Origin: an uncultured bacterium
Lineage (GTDB): Bacteria; Zixibacteria; MSB-5A5; CAIYYT01
Direction of reading: 5' to 3'
Assembly: GCA_963726455.1 (NCBI GenBank)
Contig: CAVSCK010000003.1
Coordinates: 192,001 to 256,000 of the forward strand
DNA: 64,000 bases
Within the stretch, counting starts at the first letter, position 1. Every line of letters starts with the position of its first letter. Made by a program: the position numbers and the translations under genes. A model generated the notes under the pieces. The model did not search any database. It saw only the letters and a list, made by a program, of their open reading frames with translations, and was not told the DNA's origin. Positions 39,275-48,663 of the stretch are shown one piece after another.

Positions 39275-40480
39275 TTGACCGCCGTCATTATCGCCCTCAT
39301 CGCCGGACTCGCCATCGGATTGGCTTTGGCCTACGTGCTCAAGATTCAGCAAGCCGGACAGGCGCGCGAACTGGCACAGGAGCTGTTTCGCGAGGCCGAA
39401 TCACAGCGCCAGGCGAACGTCGATGCTGTCATTGAAAACGTCAAAGCGACTTTCGGCAGTATGTCGCTTGATGCTCTCTCAAAATCTACCGAGGAATTCC
39501 TGAAACTCGCCAAAGCTCGCCTCGACACCGAGCGCGAGGCATCGGCGAAAGATCTCGACTCCAAGAAGTCTCTGATTGATCAGCAACTGCAAAACATGAC
39601 CTCGCAGCTCGAACAGGTGTCGCGGACTATCAATGATCTCGAAAAGGACCGGGTCGCCAAATTCGGCGAACTGTCGAGTTCCCTCCGCTCGCACGCGGAA
39701 CAAACCCAATCACTCATGCAGACTACTGCCGCCTTGCGCCAGGCATTGTCGAGCACCAAAGCTCGCGGCCAGTGGGGCGAACGGATGGCCGAGGATGTCC
39801 TGCGCCTTGCCGGCTTCGTCGAAAATATCAATTACGAAAAGCAGAAGAAGATCGAATCCTCCGGCAAGATTCCTGACTTTACGTTCTATCTGCCGCAGCA
39901 TCTGCAACTCAACATGGATGTCAAATTCCCGCTCGATAACTACCTCCGCTATCAGGAAGCGAACAGCGACAATGACCGCACCCGGCATCTCAGCGATTTC
40001 CTTCGCGATGTTCGCAACCGCGTCAAGGAAGTCACCTCGCGCGATTACATAAACCCCGAACAGAACACGGTCGATTACGTGCTGCTCTTTATTCCCAATG
40101 AGCAGGTTTACGCCTTCATTCAGGAGCAGGACCAGAGTATCCTGGACGACGCGCTTCGCAGCAAAGTCGTCTTCTGCTCCCCGCTCACGCTCTACGCCAT
40201 ACTTGCTGTCATTCGGCAGGCGGTGGACAATTTCGCACTGGAAAAAACATCACATCACATCCTGGCACTCTACGGCGAATTTCAAAAACAGTGGTCGGAA
40301 TTCGTGAAGGGCATGGACAAGCTGGGTGACCGGCTCCGCGCGGCACAAAAGGAATATGACGACATGACCGGTGTGCGCCAACGGCAACTCGACCGCGTTC
40401 TTGGCAAGATCGAAAACGTGCGCACGCAGTCCGGCATTCCGGAAGCCAATCGCATCGAGATAGACGACAATTCGCAATAG
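39275..40480 (+). CDS. rmuC: DNA recombination protein RmuC
   Basis: N-terminal TM, coiled coil, RGQWGE, PD..LP..MDVKFP, YVLLFIPNE, SPLTL. Confidence 0.93.
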   Translation: MTAVIIALIAGLAIGLALAYVLKIQQAGQARELAQELFREAESQRQANVDAVIENVKATFGSMSLDALSKSTEEFLKLAKARLDTEREASAKDLDSKKSLIDQQLQNMTSQLEQVSRTINDLEKDRVAKFGELSSSLRSHAEQTQSLMQTTAALRQALSSTKARGQWGERMAEDVLRLAGFVENINYEKQKKIESSGKIPDFTFYLPQHLQLNMDVKFPLDNYLRYQEANSDNDRTRHLSDFLRDVRNRVKEVTSRDYINPEQNTVDYVLLFIPNEQVYAFIQEQDQSILDDALRSKVVFCSPLTLYAILAVIRQAVDNFALEKTSHHILALYGEFQKQWSEFVKGMDKLGDRLRAAQKEYDDMTGVRQRQLDRVLGKIENVRTQSGIPEANRIEIDDNSQ

Positions 40481-40521
40481 CGTATTTCCCCTTTTTAGAC
40501 AGATCAGGATGATACAAATAC

Positions 40522-40547
40522 AAAGGGCACCCATGCGGGTGCCCTTT
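40522..40547. terminator. Bidirectional terminator
   Basis: AAAGGGCACCC-atgc-GGGTGCCCTTT between convergent genes. Confidence 0.85.
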
Positions 40548-40570
40548 GGAAGTACTGTAATACTATTTCG

Positions 40571-42079
40571 CTACGGCTTCAGCGTCACCGGCGCCTTTTT
40601 CGGCGCGATCTTCGCGAAAGCTGTTCCCGGGTTGGTGTCAGTTATGACGTTCTTCACCACAAGCGCACCGCTCGGAGTCAGGTCGAATACGTACCACCAC
40701 AATCCTGTTCCCGTTGTCGGAACGCTGAAACTTTGCATCAGCGCCGATCCCTTGTACAGATCCACGCGCGCCGTTGAGGTCGTGATGGCCGGAGTAGTCG
40801 AATAATTGTAGACCGCATACTTGCAGGTGTCACTCAATCTGCCGATCGTAATCGTTTCCGGTCCATAGCCCATCGTTTGATCGATGTCGAGTAACACATA
40901 CGGTATGGTGTCCAAAGACCCCTTGTTCGCGAAGTAAATCTCATCTCCCAGAGTCCAGAGATGCGCGTCCAGATCGTGCGGCGTCGCGCCCCAGGAGAGA
41001 ACCACGCGATACTGCCCCGTGTCCAAGATCGGCGTAATGATGAAATTGGCTTGGAACGTCGCCTGGAACAATTCCACCGCGCGGTTGGAACCGATATAGC
41101 CATTACGCGTCACCGACAGATTGTAGCTTCCGTAAGGCAGCTCGGCAAACTGGTACAGTCCGCTGGTATCCGTAAACAGCGACCGCTGCGTCGGTCCCGT
41201 CAAGTATACATAGACGCTGTCCAACGAAAGGCCGGTCAAGGCATTGCTGATTCTGCCGTTGATGCTTCCGGTTCCGGTTGACTGAATACTCAGCGTCTGG
41301 CCGTCGGCAACAAATCTGCTATCCGACAATTCTGGAATCGTGGTCTCAATGTCCAGCAGACTCTGGACCGTCATCGTCAGCGTTGTCACACCGCCGGAGA
41401 TCGGCGTAAACCATATTTCAACTAGTTCCGGTGCGTTTGCAGGCACGAGATCGCTGTTTCCCTGGCGCGAGAAATTCACCGCCAGATGTGTGCGAACTGC
41501 CTCAGCGCCGACTGACACCGGCCCCCAGGCCGTATTTGCCGCGCGAACGCTGTCGAATCTTATCACGTTATTGTCAAATACTATCTCGACCAGCCCACTG
41601 GAAAGACGCGCGATATCGTACACCTCCAGCGTGCTCTTAAACGGCACGCCCGCAAAAACCGCGCTGCTGTAATACGGTGACAACTTCACCATCGGCACTG
41701 ACGGCATCAGTTGTATCACGACCGTTGTGTTCACGCCGGGCGCTATTACGGCGGTTGTATCACCCGTATAGATGGCATGGTTGACGGAATCAAGCCCGCT
41801 CAAACTGAACGCGGCACTGCCCGAACTAAGATTGATTTGGCCAAATGAAAACTGTCCGTTGGTAACGTTGACCGTATCGCGATGAACAATCGCATCGTTC
41901 TGCGCGATCTGTAACGCAACTCTCCGCACAGTGTGCTCCAGAGAACTCTCCAGGAACGATACCTTCATCGCCGTGCTTGTCCGCGACGGCTGCGTTGGCC
42001 TGTCCGTGCTGCAGTTGATTGAAAGCAACAGTGCGCTCAGCAGCGCCAGTGTCAGAAACTTCACTTGCTTCATAGTCAT
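40571..42079 (-). CDS. Surface lipoprotein: cohesin-like + carboxypeptidase-regulatory-like + YfaP/DUF2135-like domains
   Basis: Lipobox-like LSIN-C; IVFDNNVIRFDSV..LVEIWFTP..G.TTL (cohesin-like); GSINGRI..TDTSGLYQF..PYGSY; VLSWG..DLDAHL..DID..GYGPETI. Confidence 0.75.
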   Translation of the reverse strand: MTMKQVKFLTLALLSALLLSINCSTDRPTQPSRTSTAMKVSFLESSLEHTVRRVALQIAQNDAIVHRDTVNVTNGQFSFGQINLSSGSAAFSLSGLDSVNHAIYTGDTTAVIAPGVNTTVVIQLMPSVPMVKLSPYYSSAVFAGVPFKSTLEVYDIARLSSGLVEIVFDNNVIRFDSVRAANTAWGPVSVGAEAVRTHLAVNFSRQGNSDLVPANAPELVEIWFTPISGGVTTLTMTVQSLLDIETTIPELSDSRFVADGQTLSIQSTGTGSINGRISNALTGLSLDSVYVYLTGPTQRSLFTDTSGLYQFAELPYGSYNLSVTRNGYIGSNRAVELFQATFQANFIITPILDTGQYRVVLSWGATPHDLDAHLWTLGDEIYFANKGSLDTIPYVLLDIDQTMGYGPETITIGRLSDTCKYAVYNYSTTPAITTSTARVDLYKGSALMQSFSVPTTGTGLWWYVFDLTPSGALVVKNVITDTNPGTAFAKIAPKKAPVTLKP

Positions 42080-43252
42080 CTACCTCCCCTGTCCCGGTTG
42101 AAAGCTCAGGACGAATGTCAAACCGAGTCCCTTCAGACTGCCAACGGTGTCGACATTGCCGGTGTAGTAACTGACCAGTGAACTCGCCGAAACATTCTCT
42201 GACAGCGCGTATCCCAGCCCGCCTCCAAAACCAACATAATGCGACTTGGGCAGGAAGAACGATGGATACAGATTTTTGTCGTATCCGTTGGCGCTCACGC
42301 TTTGATATTCCAGACGCCCCAGTATTCGCAGCTTCTCAGCGATCGGATACCCGCCGTTCGCGAACAATGTCACTTCATTCCTTCCCGACTTGAATTGCTC
42401 ATCGGAAAGCACCTGTTCGGCGTTCAGAATCTTGGCCTTGCCGCGCAGCATGATGGAAGTTCCGGCGCTGAAATTGAGCGTGCCGGAATACGAAAGTACC
42501 GCATTGATGATCGTAGCGAACCCCGCCTGAAACACGTCCTGGTCATCCGATTTGTCTTTCATGTAATATCGCAGATTGACATCGGCTGATGCTCCCCACG
42601 GTTGACCGTAGACGTCGAATCCGACCTTGCCGAAAACTTCATCACCGTACTTATACTTCACGTTGATGCTGTCCAGCGGCTGGAACTTGCCGTGATAAAG
42701 ATAGCCACCACCGAAATCCAGTCCGAAATTGCCCCACCGCGGCAGCGCATACCATTCGCCACCCAGATCGAGTCCCTGTCCGTAACGGCGAATCATGAAC
42801 TTACGCGACAAATCCGCAAGCTGCGCTGTCAGCAAGTACTGTTCCACCGTTAGCTTCTTCTTGCCCGTCGGCATATTCACGAAAAACGATGCGTTGCCCT
42901 TGTTGTCACCAAACACATAAGTCAATCTCAGCCGCGTGTCGTTCAACGCTGACAAACTCTGCTTGACATTATTCGCCGTGTTAGTGAACTCGAGGCGTGC
43001 GGTCGAACTCGCCAGTGTACCATTCAGGTCGAGGTGGAACCGCGCACTGAGTACTCCGGTCGCTGCCAGCCCGAAAACCCCCTGATTCAATTTCTGATCC
43101 TGGGCCGAAATCGAGCCGTTCACTTGCGGCAGAGTCAACTTCCAATTCTGATACATATAGAAAATCGACACGTGGTTTTGTTCTGCGGCGTTCGCCATCG
43201 AAACCAGCATGGACGCCATTAGCACCAAAGCGGTCATTATTCTGTTCTTCAT
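42080..43252 (-). CDS. Outer-membrane beta-barrel protein
   Basis: Signal peptide, alternating aromatic beta-strands, NMPTGK, terminal strand GLTFVLSF. Confidence 0.78.
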   Translation of the reverse strand: MKNRIMTALVLMASMLVSMANAAEQNHVSIFYMYQNWKLTLPQVNGSISAQDQKLNQGVFGLAATGVLSARFHLDLNGTLASSTARLEFTNTANNVKQSLSALNDTRLRLTYVFGDNKGNASFFVNMPTGKKKLTVEQYLLTAQLADLSRKFMIRRYGQGLDLGGEWYALPRWGNFGLDFGGGYLYHGKFQPLDSINVKYKYGDEVFGKVGFDVYGQPWGASADVNLRYYMKDKSDDQDVFQAGFATIINAVLSYSGTLNFSAGTSIMLRGKAKILNAEQVLSDEQFKSGRNEVTLFANGGYPIAEKLRILGRLEYQSVSANGYDKNLYPSFFLPKSHYVGFGGGLGYALSENVSASSLVSYYTGNVDTVGSLKGLGLTFVLSFQPGQGR

Positions 43253-43262
43253 GCCATCCTCC

Positions 43263-44552
43263 CTATCGAACGCTTCCGGAAACGGTCGCCGAGCCCGAGC
43301 CACTGGTGGGTGACGGAATGTCTTGATGCCTGGGGTCGGTCTCCGGGCCGGATATCTCAAACAACTCGTCGTCCGCTCGATTTCCACCGTTGGTTTGCGA
43401 ATTCAATCCCGCCAATACTGCGACACTGAATCGCTGCAAGTCCGTCGAACCCGCCTGCATCAGTACTGCCTGTCCGTGAAATTCCTTTGCCAACCCAAAT
43501 GATGGATCAATCCGGGCCGCTTCCTTGAAGAAATTGTCTGCCAGCGCATATTCGCCGCGGTCGAATTGTTCGACACCATGTCCGAACGCGAGAAACGCAT
43601 TGTAGGAATCGGTAGGTGCTTTTTTCAGATCGCGCAGCGCCGAGCCGGTGACCTTGATTCCCAGACTGTCAAGCACCGCCAGCGTCAATTGCTTCTGAAC
43701 GCTGATCGCCTTGGAAAACTGATCCTGCGTATTGTACGCCGGGCTATATGACCCCGCTGTCGTATTGATCAATCCACCTTGCATATCAAGCTTCTCCGGC
43801 GCCGGCGAATTAAGGTTGGCAGTCACCAGATTCTGTGCCCTGACTATCTTGCCGAAACGCGGCCCCGAATCCTTCGCCGTGAAACCCGTGCTGGAGGCCT
43901 GTAGTTCATCATTGATGTAATTCATTTTCAGGCGCTCGACGACTTGCAGTTCCTTGACCGTCGACAGGTCATACCACATCGCGGCGGCCATACCATCCGC
44001 CAGGGCACGAACGTCGTCCGATGATTTTTGCGGCACGGTGAACGGCAGCACTCCTACCGTCTTGCCGGTACCGGTCTCTGTCGCCAACGATTTTTCGCTC
44101 TTGATCGCATCGTCAACGTCGTGTCGCATTTGCTCGTTCTGCACGTAAAGCAACCGTCCCCTGATTTGCGGCGCCATGCTTGAATTCTTGTTGGCCGCCA
44201 GATACTTGCCATACAAATCCGCCGCCGTCTTGTAATCCTTCTTGTTTTCGGCGATCATTCCGAGATAAAGAATCACCGTGCCGTCGTGAGGAATCTTCGT
44301 TTGCGCGCCCTTCAGCAGCTTTTCTGACTGATCGTAGTCGCCCTGATGAAAGTAGATCTGCCCCATCGACCGCTGTACCTGCGGATCGTTCGGCCTTTGC
44401 TGCAGTGCCTGCTCGAAATATGCCAGCGCCTGCTGATAATTCTGGTGCTTAAGCGCCTGATTCCCCTGAGCGACATAGCTCTGGCTGCAACTGACTGTGA
44501 GAATCAGTGCTAATCCGGTAAGAACAAGTGCAACTGTTTTGGCTATTGCCAT
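43263..44552 (-). CDS. TPR + CsgG/FlgO-like lipoprotein
   Basis: Lipobox LTVS-C, TPRs, TVGVLPF..LQVVER..FGKIVRA, C-terminal TPR (AFLAFGHG..IDPSF). Confidence 0.85.
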   Translation of the reverse strand: MAIAKTVALVLTGLALILTVSCSQSYVAQGNQALKHQNYQQALAYFEQALQQRPNDPQVQRSMGQIYFHQGDYDQSEKLLKGAQTKIPHDGTVILYLGMIAENKKDYKTAADLYGKYLAANKNSSMAPQIRGRLLYVQNEQMRHDVDDAIKSEKSLATETGTGKTVGVLPFTVPQKSSDDVRALADGMAAAMWYDLSTVKELQVVERLKMNYINDELQASSTGFTAKDSGPRFGKIVRAQNLVTANLNSPAPEKLDMQGGLINTTAGSYSPAYNTQDQFSKAISVQKQLTLAVLDSLGIKVTGSALRDLKKAPTDSYNAFLAFGHGVEQFDRGEYALADNFFKEAARIDPSFGLAKEFHGQAVLMQAGSTDLQRFSVAVLAGLNSQTNGGNRADDELFEISGPETDPRHQDIPSPTSGSGSATVSGSVR

Positions 44553-45000
44553 ACGCCATCCTCCTTGCAGCATTCGCGAGACTTCTGCCTCTGAATTGAT
44601 GCACCAACTTTTTCCACGAATTTTACATCCGTCGTCTAAATCGCCCCGATCGGCCGTCATGGACCGAATCCATTTGATCTATGTGAGACGAGCGTCAGAC
44701 AGTTCTGATCTGCAGCTCTTGGCAGAATTACGGAATCTGACGCCGATAGCGCAACCTAAATATATCCGTTAAGAGTGAATCAGTTGTGCGACTGTTTTCA
44801 AACCACGGTTGGCTATGCTTTGCCCATCCGCCGAGTGCAATTGTAATCCTCTGCCCTGCTTCACGGGCCGGGGGTCGAGGGAACGTCAGTAAGCACCAGG
44901 CAACAGATTTGACTGAAGCGTTACTTAGTGATCGATGTGGCGAAAAAGGCGCAGACAGGTTAGATTCACTTGTCAAGGTTGAGTCAGATAGGGAGAATTT

Positions 45001-46359
45001 GTGTTGTCCGAAAGACTTAAGCGCTGGCGCCATACAGCTATTCCCCTGCCTTTCAAGTATGGCCGCCGGTTCCGCGAGGTATTTCGATTCCTGCAGGAGC
45101 ATCAAAACATGAGTCGCGACGAAATTGCGGCCTACCAGTGGCGGCGACTTCAGGAATTGATCGAGTACGCTCATGCTCACGTGCCTTTCTATCAGCGTCG
45201 CTTCCGGGAAATCGGGCTTCACCCCGGCGATATCAAAACTTCAGATGACTTTGCGCGGATCCCTTGTTTGACACGCGACGAGGTTATCCGGCATGTCGAA
45301 GAGCTCAAGTCCGATGAGTTTGAGCGCTTGCGACCGGTGCAAACCGTCACCAGCGGGACGAGCCGCGATCGTCTAAAGGTGTTTCGATCGGCTGACGCCG
45401 AGGTCTGGCGAAAGGCAATCATGTGGCGCCACTTTTTCAATATCGGCTATCACTTTCGCGAACCTCGCGCACAGTTCACCGGGACGTTACGATTCCTGAC
45501 TGACCACGACCAGATGCCCATCGATTACAACGAGAATCTCCTGATGATCGAGCAGTTCAGTATTCGACGCGACCATGCTCCGGCGATCTACGCAAGAATG
45601 AAGGAATTTGCTCCTAAGCTCATCTACTGCCAACCGGCCAACCTCTCGGGTTTGCTCCTGCTGTTCCAAGAATGCGGGCTCAAGCCCTTTCACGTCCCCA
45701 TCGTGTATACCACCGGCGAAATGATTTACCCGCAGTATCGCCGGGTAATCGAGTCGTTTCTGGGCAGCCGGATTGTCGATTACTATGGCAATCGCGAGAA
45801 CACAGTGGCTGCGATGCAAATGTCGGACGGCCGCAAATACGTCCAAAGTGAGTACTGCTATCTGGAGTTTGTTGACGACACGGGAAGCAGAGTTAAAGAT
45901 CGCCCGGCCGACATTGTGGCGACTTCGTTGGTCAACCGCGCATTCCCGTTGATTCGCTATCATACCGATGACCTCGGGATCGATTGCGGATATCCGGCGG
46001 ACTCAGTAGCCAACTACCCGGTGATGTCGATCACGGGCGGTCGAGGGAAGGACTTGATCCTGACGCGCTCTGGTCTGATGTGCCCGCAAGTCGAGTTCAA
46101 GACTGGCGCTGAGAAGTTCCAACGAGTACGAGTGGAACAGCTAAAGATCGATCATCTGCACGTCACCTATGTTCCGACCAAAGCTTTCGCGGGTGACGAT
46201 GACGAGGTATACTTGCGGCGCGTCTACCAGGATTATTTTGGCAGCGAATTTCGCGTCACGATCAACCGCGTAGCCGAGATCCCGCCGACTCCCTCTGGGA
46301 AAAACAAGCTTTATGTCTCGCAACTCGCGATGGACTACCTGCGCGAACGCCGATCTTAG
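45001..46359 (+). CDS. Phenylacetate-CoA ligase/CapK-like adenylate-forming enzyme
   Basis: HVPFY, TSGTS, TGE, YYGNRE, TSLVNRAFPLIRY.TDD, SGK. Confidence 0.88.
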   Translation: MLSERLKRWRHTAIPLPFKYGRRFREVFRFLQEHQNMSRDEIAAYQWRRLQELIEYAHAHVPFYQRRFREIGLHPGDIKTSDDFARIPCLTRDEVIRHVEELKSDEFERLRPVQTVTSGTSRDRLKVFRSADAEVWRKAIMWRHFFNIGYHFREPRAQFTGTLRFLTDHDQMPIDYNENLLMIEQFSIRRDHAPAIYARMKEFAPKLIYCQPANLSGLLLLFQECGLKPFHVPIVYTTGEMIYPQYRRVIESFLGSRIVDYYGNRENTVAAMQMSDGRKYVQSEYCYLEFVDDTGSRVKDRPADIVATSLVNRAFPLIRYHTDDLGIDCGYPADSVANYPVMSITGGRGKDLILTRSGLMCPQVEFKTGAEKFQRVRVEQLKIDHLHVTYVPTKAFAGDDDEVYLRRVYQDYFGSEFRVTINRVAEIPPTPSGKNKLYVSQLAMDYLRERRS

Positions 46360-46543
46360 TCTTCAGCGACGCAGTCTGCATAAACCAATTTATGAACCAC
46401 TTGAACCGAAATTCGTCTGCTCACATACGCGAACCCCAGCCAGGAATCAGCAAGCTGATTGCCGTCGCTGAATCTGCTACGTAAAGGGGTTTGAGCTAAG
46501 ATGCAGTTTGGGAAACTTGTCTCGAATTGAGAGGAGATCTAAG

Positions 46544-46618
46544 GGTGGGTGATGGGTTTCGAACCCACGACCTTCAGGGCCACAACCTGACGCTCTAACC
46601 AGCTGAGCTACACCCACC
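46544..46618 (-). tRNA. tRNA-His(GTG), CCA not encoded
   Basis: G-1 GTGGGTG..CACCCAC-C; anticodon loop TTGTGGC. Confidence 0.96.
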
Positions 46619-46714
46619 GTGCAGCTTATTTGCGCTGTTTCCAGCACGTGGATGCCCAATATACATTCCCCGGCGGCGGCTCGCAACGCCAAAAATTGGT
46701 CCGCCGAGCCCGCC

Positions 46715-47620
46715 TCAGGGCGTAAACCAGCCGAATCCGAAATCCTTGACGATCTGCAGGAATTCCTGGTTTCGCTCCACCATCAGATCGGCCTGATAGT
46801 GAAGCCCAAAGTAGTTTTGCACGGCGTTGAAGTAACCGTGCTGCCGAACGTCCTCCAGGCACTTACGGGCGAAGTCCTCGCCCTGCAGCGCTCGACAGAC
46901 CCTGTCCATGGTCTCCATTCGTTGCGGCGTGATTTCCTTCTTCCATGCCGGGTATTTGCTCTCGTATGCCGCCAGCAATTCGCCGTCCGACATTTCGCGG
47001 TATTTCCCTTCGTGCACTACGACCGAAACGCCCAATTTCTTCTTGGGCTGCGGCCGCACTTTCGGGTAGCCCAAAGACAGCAATACTACCGGAAATACTC
47101 CTTGCGGCAATTCGAAAAGATTCTTCAGTTCCCGAAAACACTCCAGCACGGTTCCGACATACACTGAGCCAAGCCCCAATGCATCCGCGGCCGTACAAAT
47201 ATTTTGCGCCGCGATAATGGTATCTTGAAAGGAAATCCAGAAATGCCGGAATGACCTATTTGCCGCGAACGGCGCCACCTGTAAATCTGCCCAGCGCTGG
47301 AGACGTCGCATATCTATGCAAAACAGCAGATTCACCGGCGCCGAGGCAATGAATGTCTGGCCTTCGTTCAGTTCGGCCAGCAACGTCTTGGTCTTCTGAT
47401 CCGCAATCTTAATGATCGAGTATGGCTGCAAATTGCCGCCGGTCGCCGAATGGATACCTGCCTCGAGTATCGATTGCAGAACGTCATCCGGAATTTGCTC
47501 GTCGGAAAAACTGCGGCAGCTCGACCGTTCGATCAATAGCTTCAGAGTCTCGTTTGGATACTGGTTCGTCACCGCATCATCAATTCCATGATGCGACAGC
47601 TCGTTTGAATCGTCAGCCAT
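46715..47620 (-). CDS. Nitroreductase (NfsA/FRP-like)
   Basis: RSSCRSF, SATGGNLQPYS, AAQN..AADALGLGSVYVG, LGYP. Confidence 0.92.
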   Translation of the reverse strand: MADDSNELSHHGIDDAVTNQYPNETLKLLIERSSCRSFSDEQIPDDVLQSILEAGIHSATGGNLQPYSIIKIADQKTKTLLAELNEGQTFIASAPVNLLFCIDMRRLQRWADLQVAPFAANRSFRHFWISFQDTIIAAQNICTAADALGLGSVYVGTVLECFRELKNLFELPQGVFPVVLLSLGYPKVRPQPKKKLGVSVVVHEGKYREMSDGELLAAYESKYPAWKKEITPQRMETMDRVCRALQGEDFARKCLEDVRQHGYFNAVQNYFGLHYQADLMVERNQEFLQIVKDFGFGWFTP

Positions 47621-47718
47621 ATTCGTACTTTCCTGTTGATAAGATCTCTTGGTCAGCCCCGTCCGGTCTTACAATAAACCGAATAAGCTGTAGGATGGCA
47701 ATACGGAAGATACTCCGG

Positions 47719-48126
47719 CTACAAACCCGACTGCCGGGAGAAATTGCGGATCATCATGCCGGTCGATCTGCATAGCCCCAGCTTCTCGTAAAATGGCTGC
47801 AATTCAGGGTCGCAGGTTAGATCAATCATATAGAAGTGTTCAAGCTGCGCCAGAAGTCGCTTTACCAGTTCCCGCCCGATCCCTCTGTTCCGATATTCCG
47901 GCAATACCTCGAGAAGCGGAATATAGGCACTCAGCACGTTGTCGCTGATCGCGTTGATGAAACCCACCACTCGCCCGTTCTCAGTGTCACGCGCCAGAAC
48001 AATTCGATAAGCTTCGGAAAGTATTTTGAAATGCATTTCCGGCGACGGTGGATTGGGCCAACCCACAAAGAATCCTTCGAGTTGTGTCGGTGAGATATTT
48101 TCGAGATTCGTTTGGTAGACGATCAT
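47719..48126 (-). CDS. GNAT acetyltransferase
   Basis: LEVLPEYRNRGIG, FYEKLG; start ATG 48126. Confidence 0.9.
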   Translation of the reverse strand: MIVYQTNLENISPTQLEGFFVGWPNPPSPEMHFKILSEAYRIVLARDTENGRVVGFINAISDNVLSAYIPLLEVLPEYRNRGIGRELVKRLLAQLEHFYMIDLTCDPELQPFYEKLGLCRSTGMMIRNFSRQSGL

Positions 48127-48137
48127 TCTTTTACCAT

Positions 48138-48629
48138 TCACAGAAACTTCTGCTGCCAGACCAGATCGAAATCCTGATCGAACTTTCTGCCCACGCGCCG
48201 AAACCTGCCGCATTCCACGAACCCGTTTTGCTTCTGGAAATTGATGCTCGCCTCATTTGGCGAGGACGCACAGCCAAGTATCGTGTCAACTCCCTGCGTT
48301 CTGGCATCGGCCTCCAGTTGCCTCATTACCCGGCTGCCCAGACCTTGCCGCGTGTGCTCCGGAAGAATAAAGATCGTGCCTTCTGCCGTACGCTCCAGTG
48401 TGTCCGCGAAATGATATGTCCTCAACAACGCAAACCCGACCACTGTACCCTCAGGAGACACTATCACATGCACCGGAAATCTGCCCGCCATCGCGCGCAA
48501 CCGCTCGAACAACGCCTCACCCATTTCCACCGACGGAAACGCCGCGAAACTTGTCCTGACAAAATGGTTGTATACACGCGTAATGGCATCGGCATCGGTT
48601 TCCTCGGCGCGTCGAATATCATATGGCAT
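48138..48629 (-). CDS. GNAT acetyltransferase (Pat/YncA-like)
   Basis: RQGLGS, NEASINF..GF..G.FRRVG.KF. Confidence 0.9.
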   Translation of the reverse strand: MPYDIRRAEETDADAITRVYNHFVRTSFAAFPSVEMGEALFERLRAMAGRFPVHVIVSPEGTVVGFALLRTYHFADTLERTAEGTIFILPEHTRQGLGSRVMRQLEADARTQGVDTILGCASSPNEASINFQKQNGFVECGRFRRVGRKFDQDFDLVWQQKFL

Positions 48630-48663
48630 ATATTGGTAACCCGTCCCTGGCTTGAATGATTCT

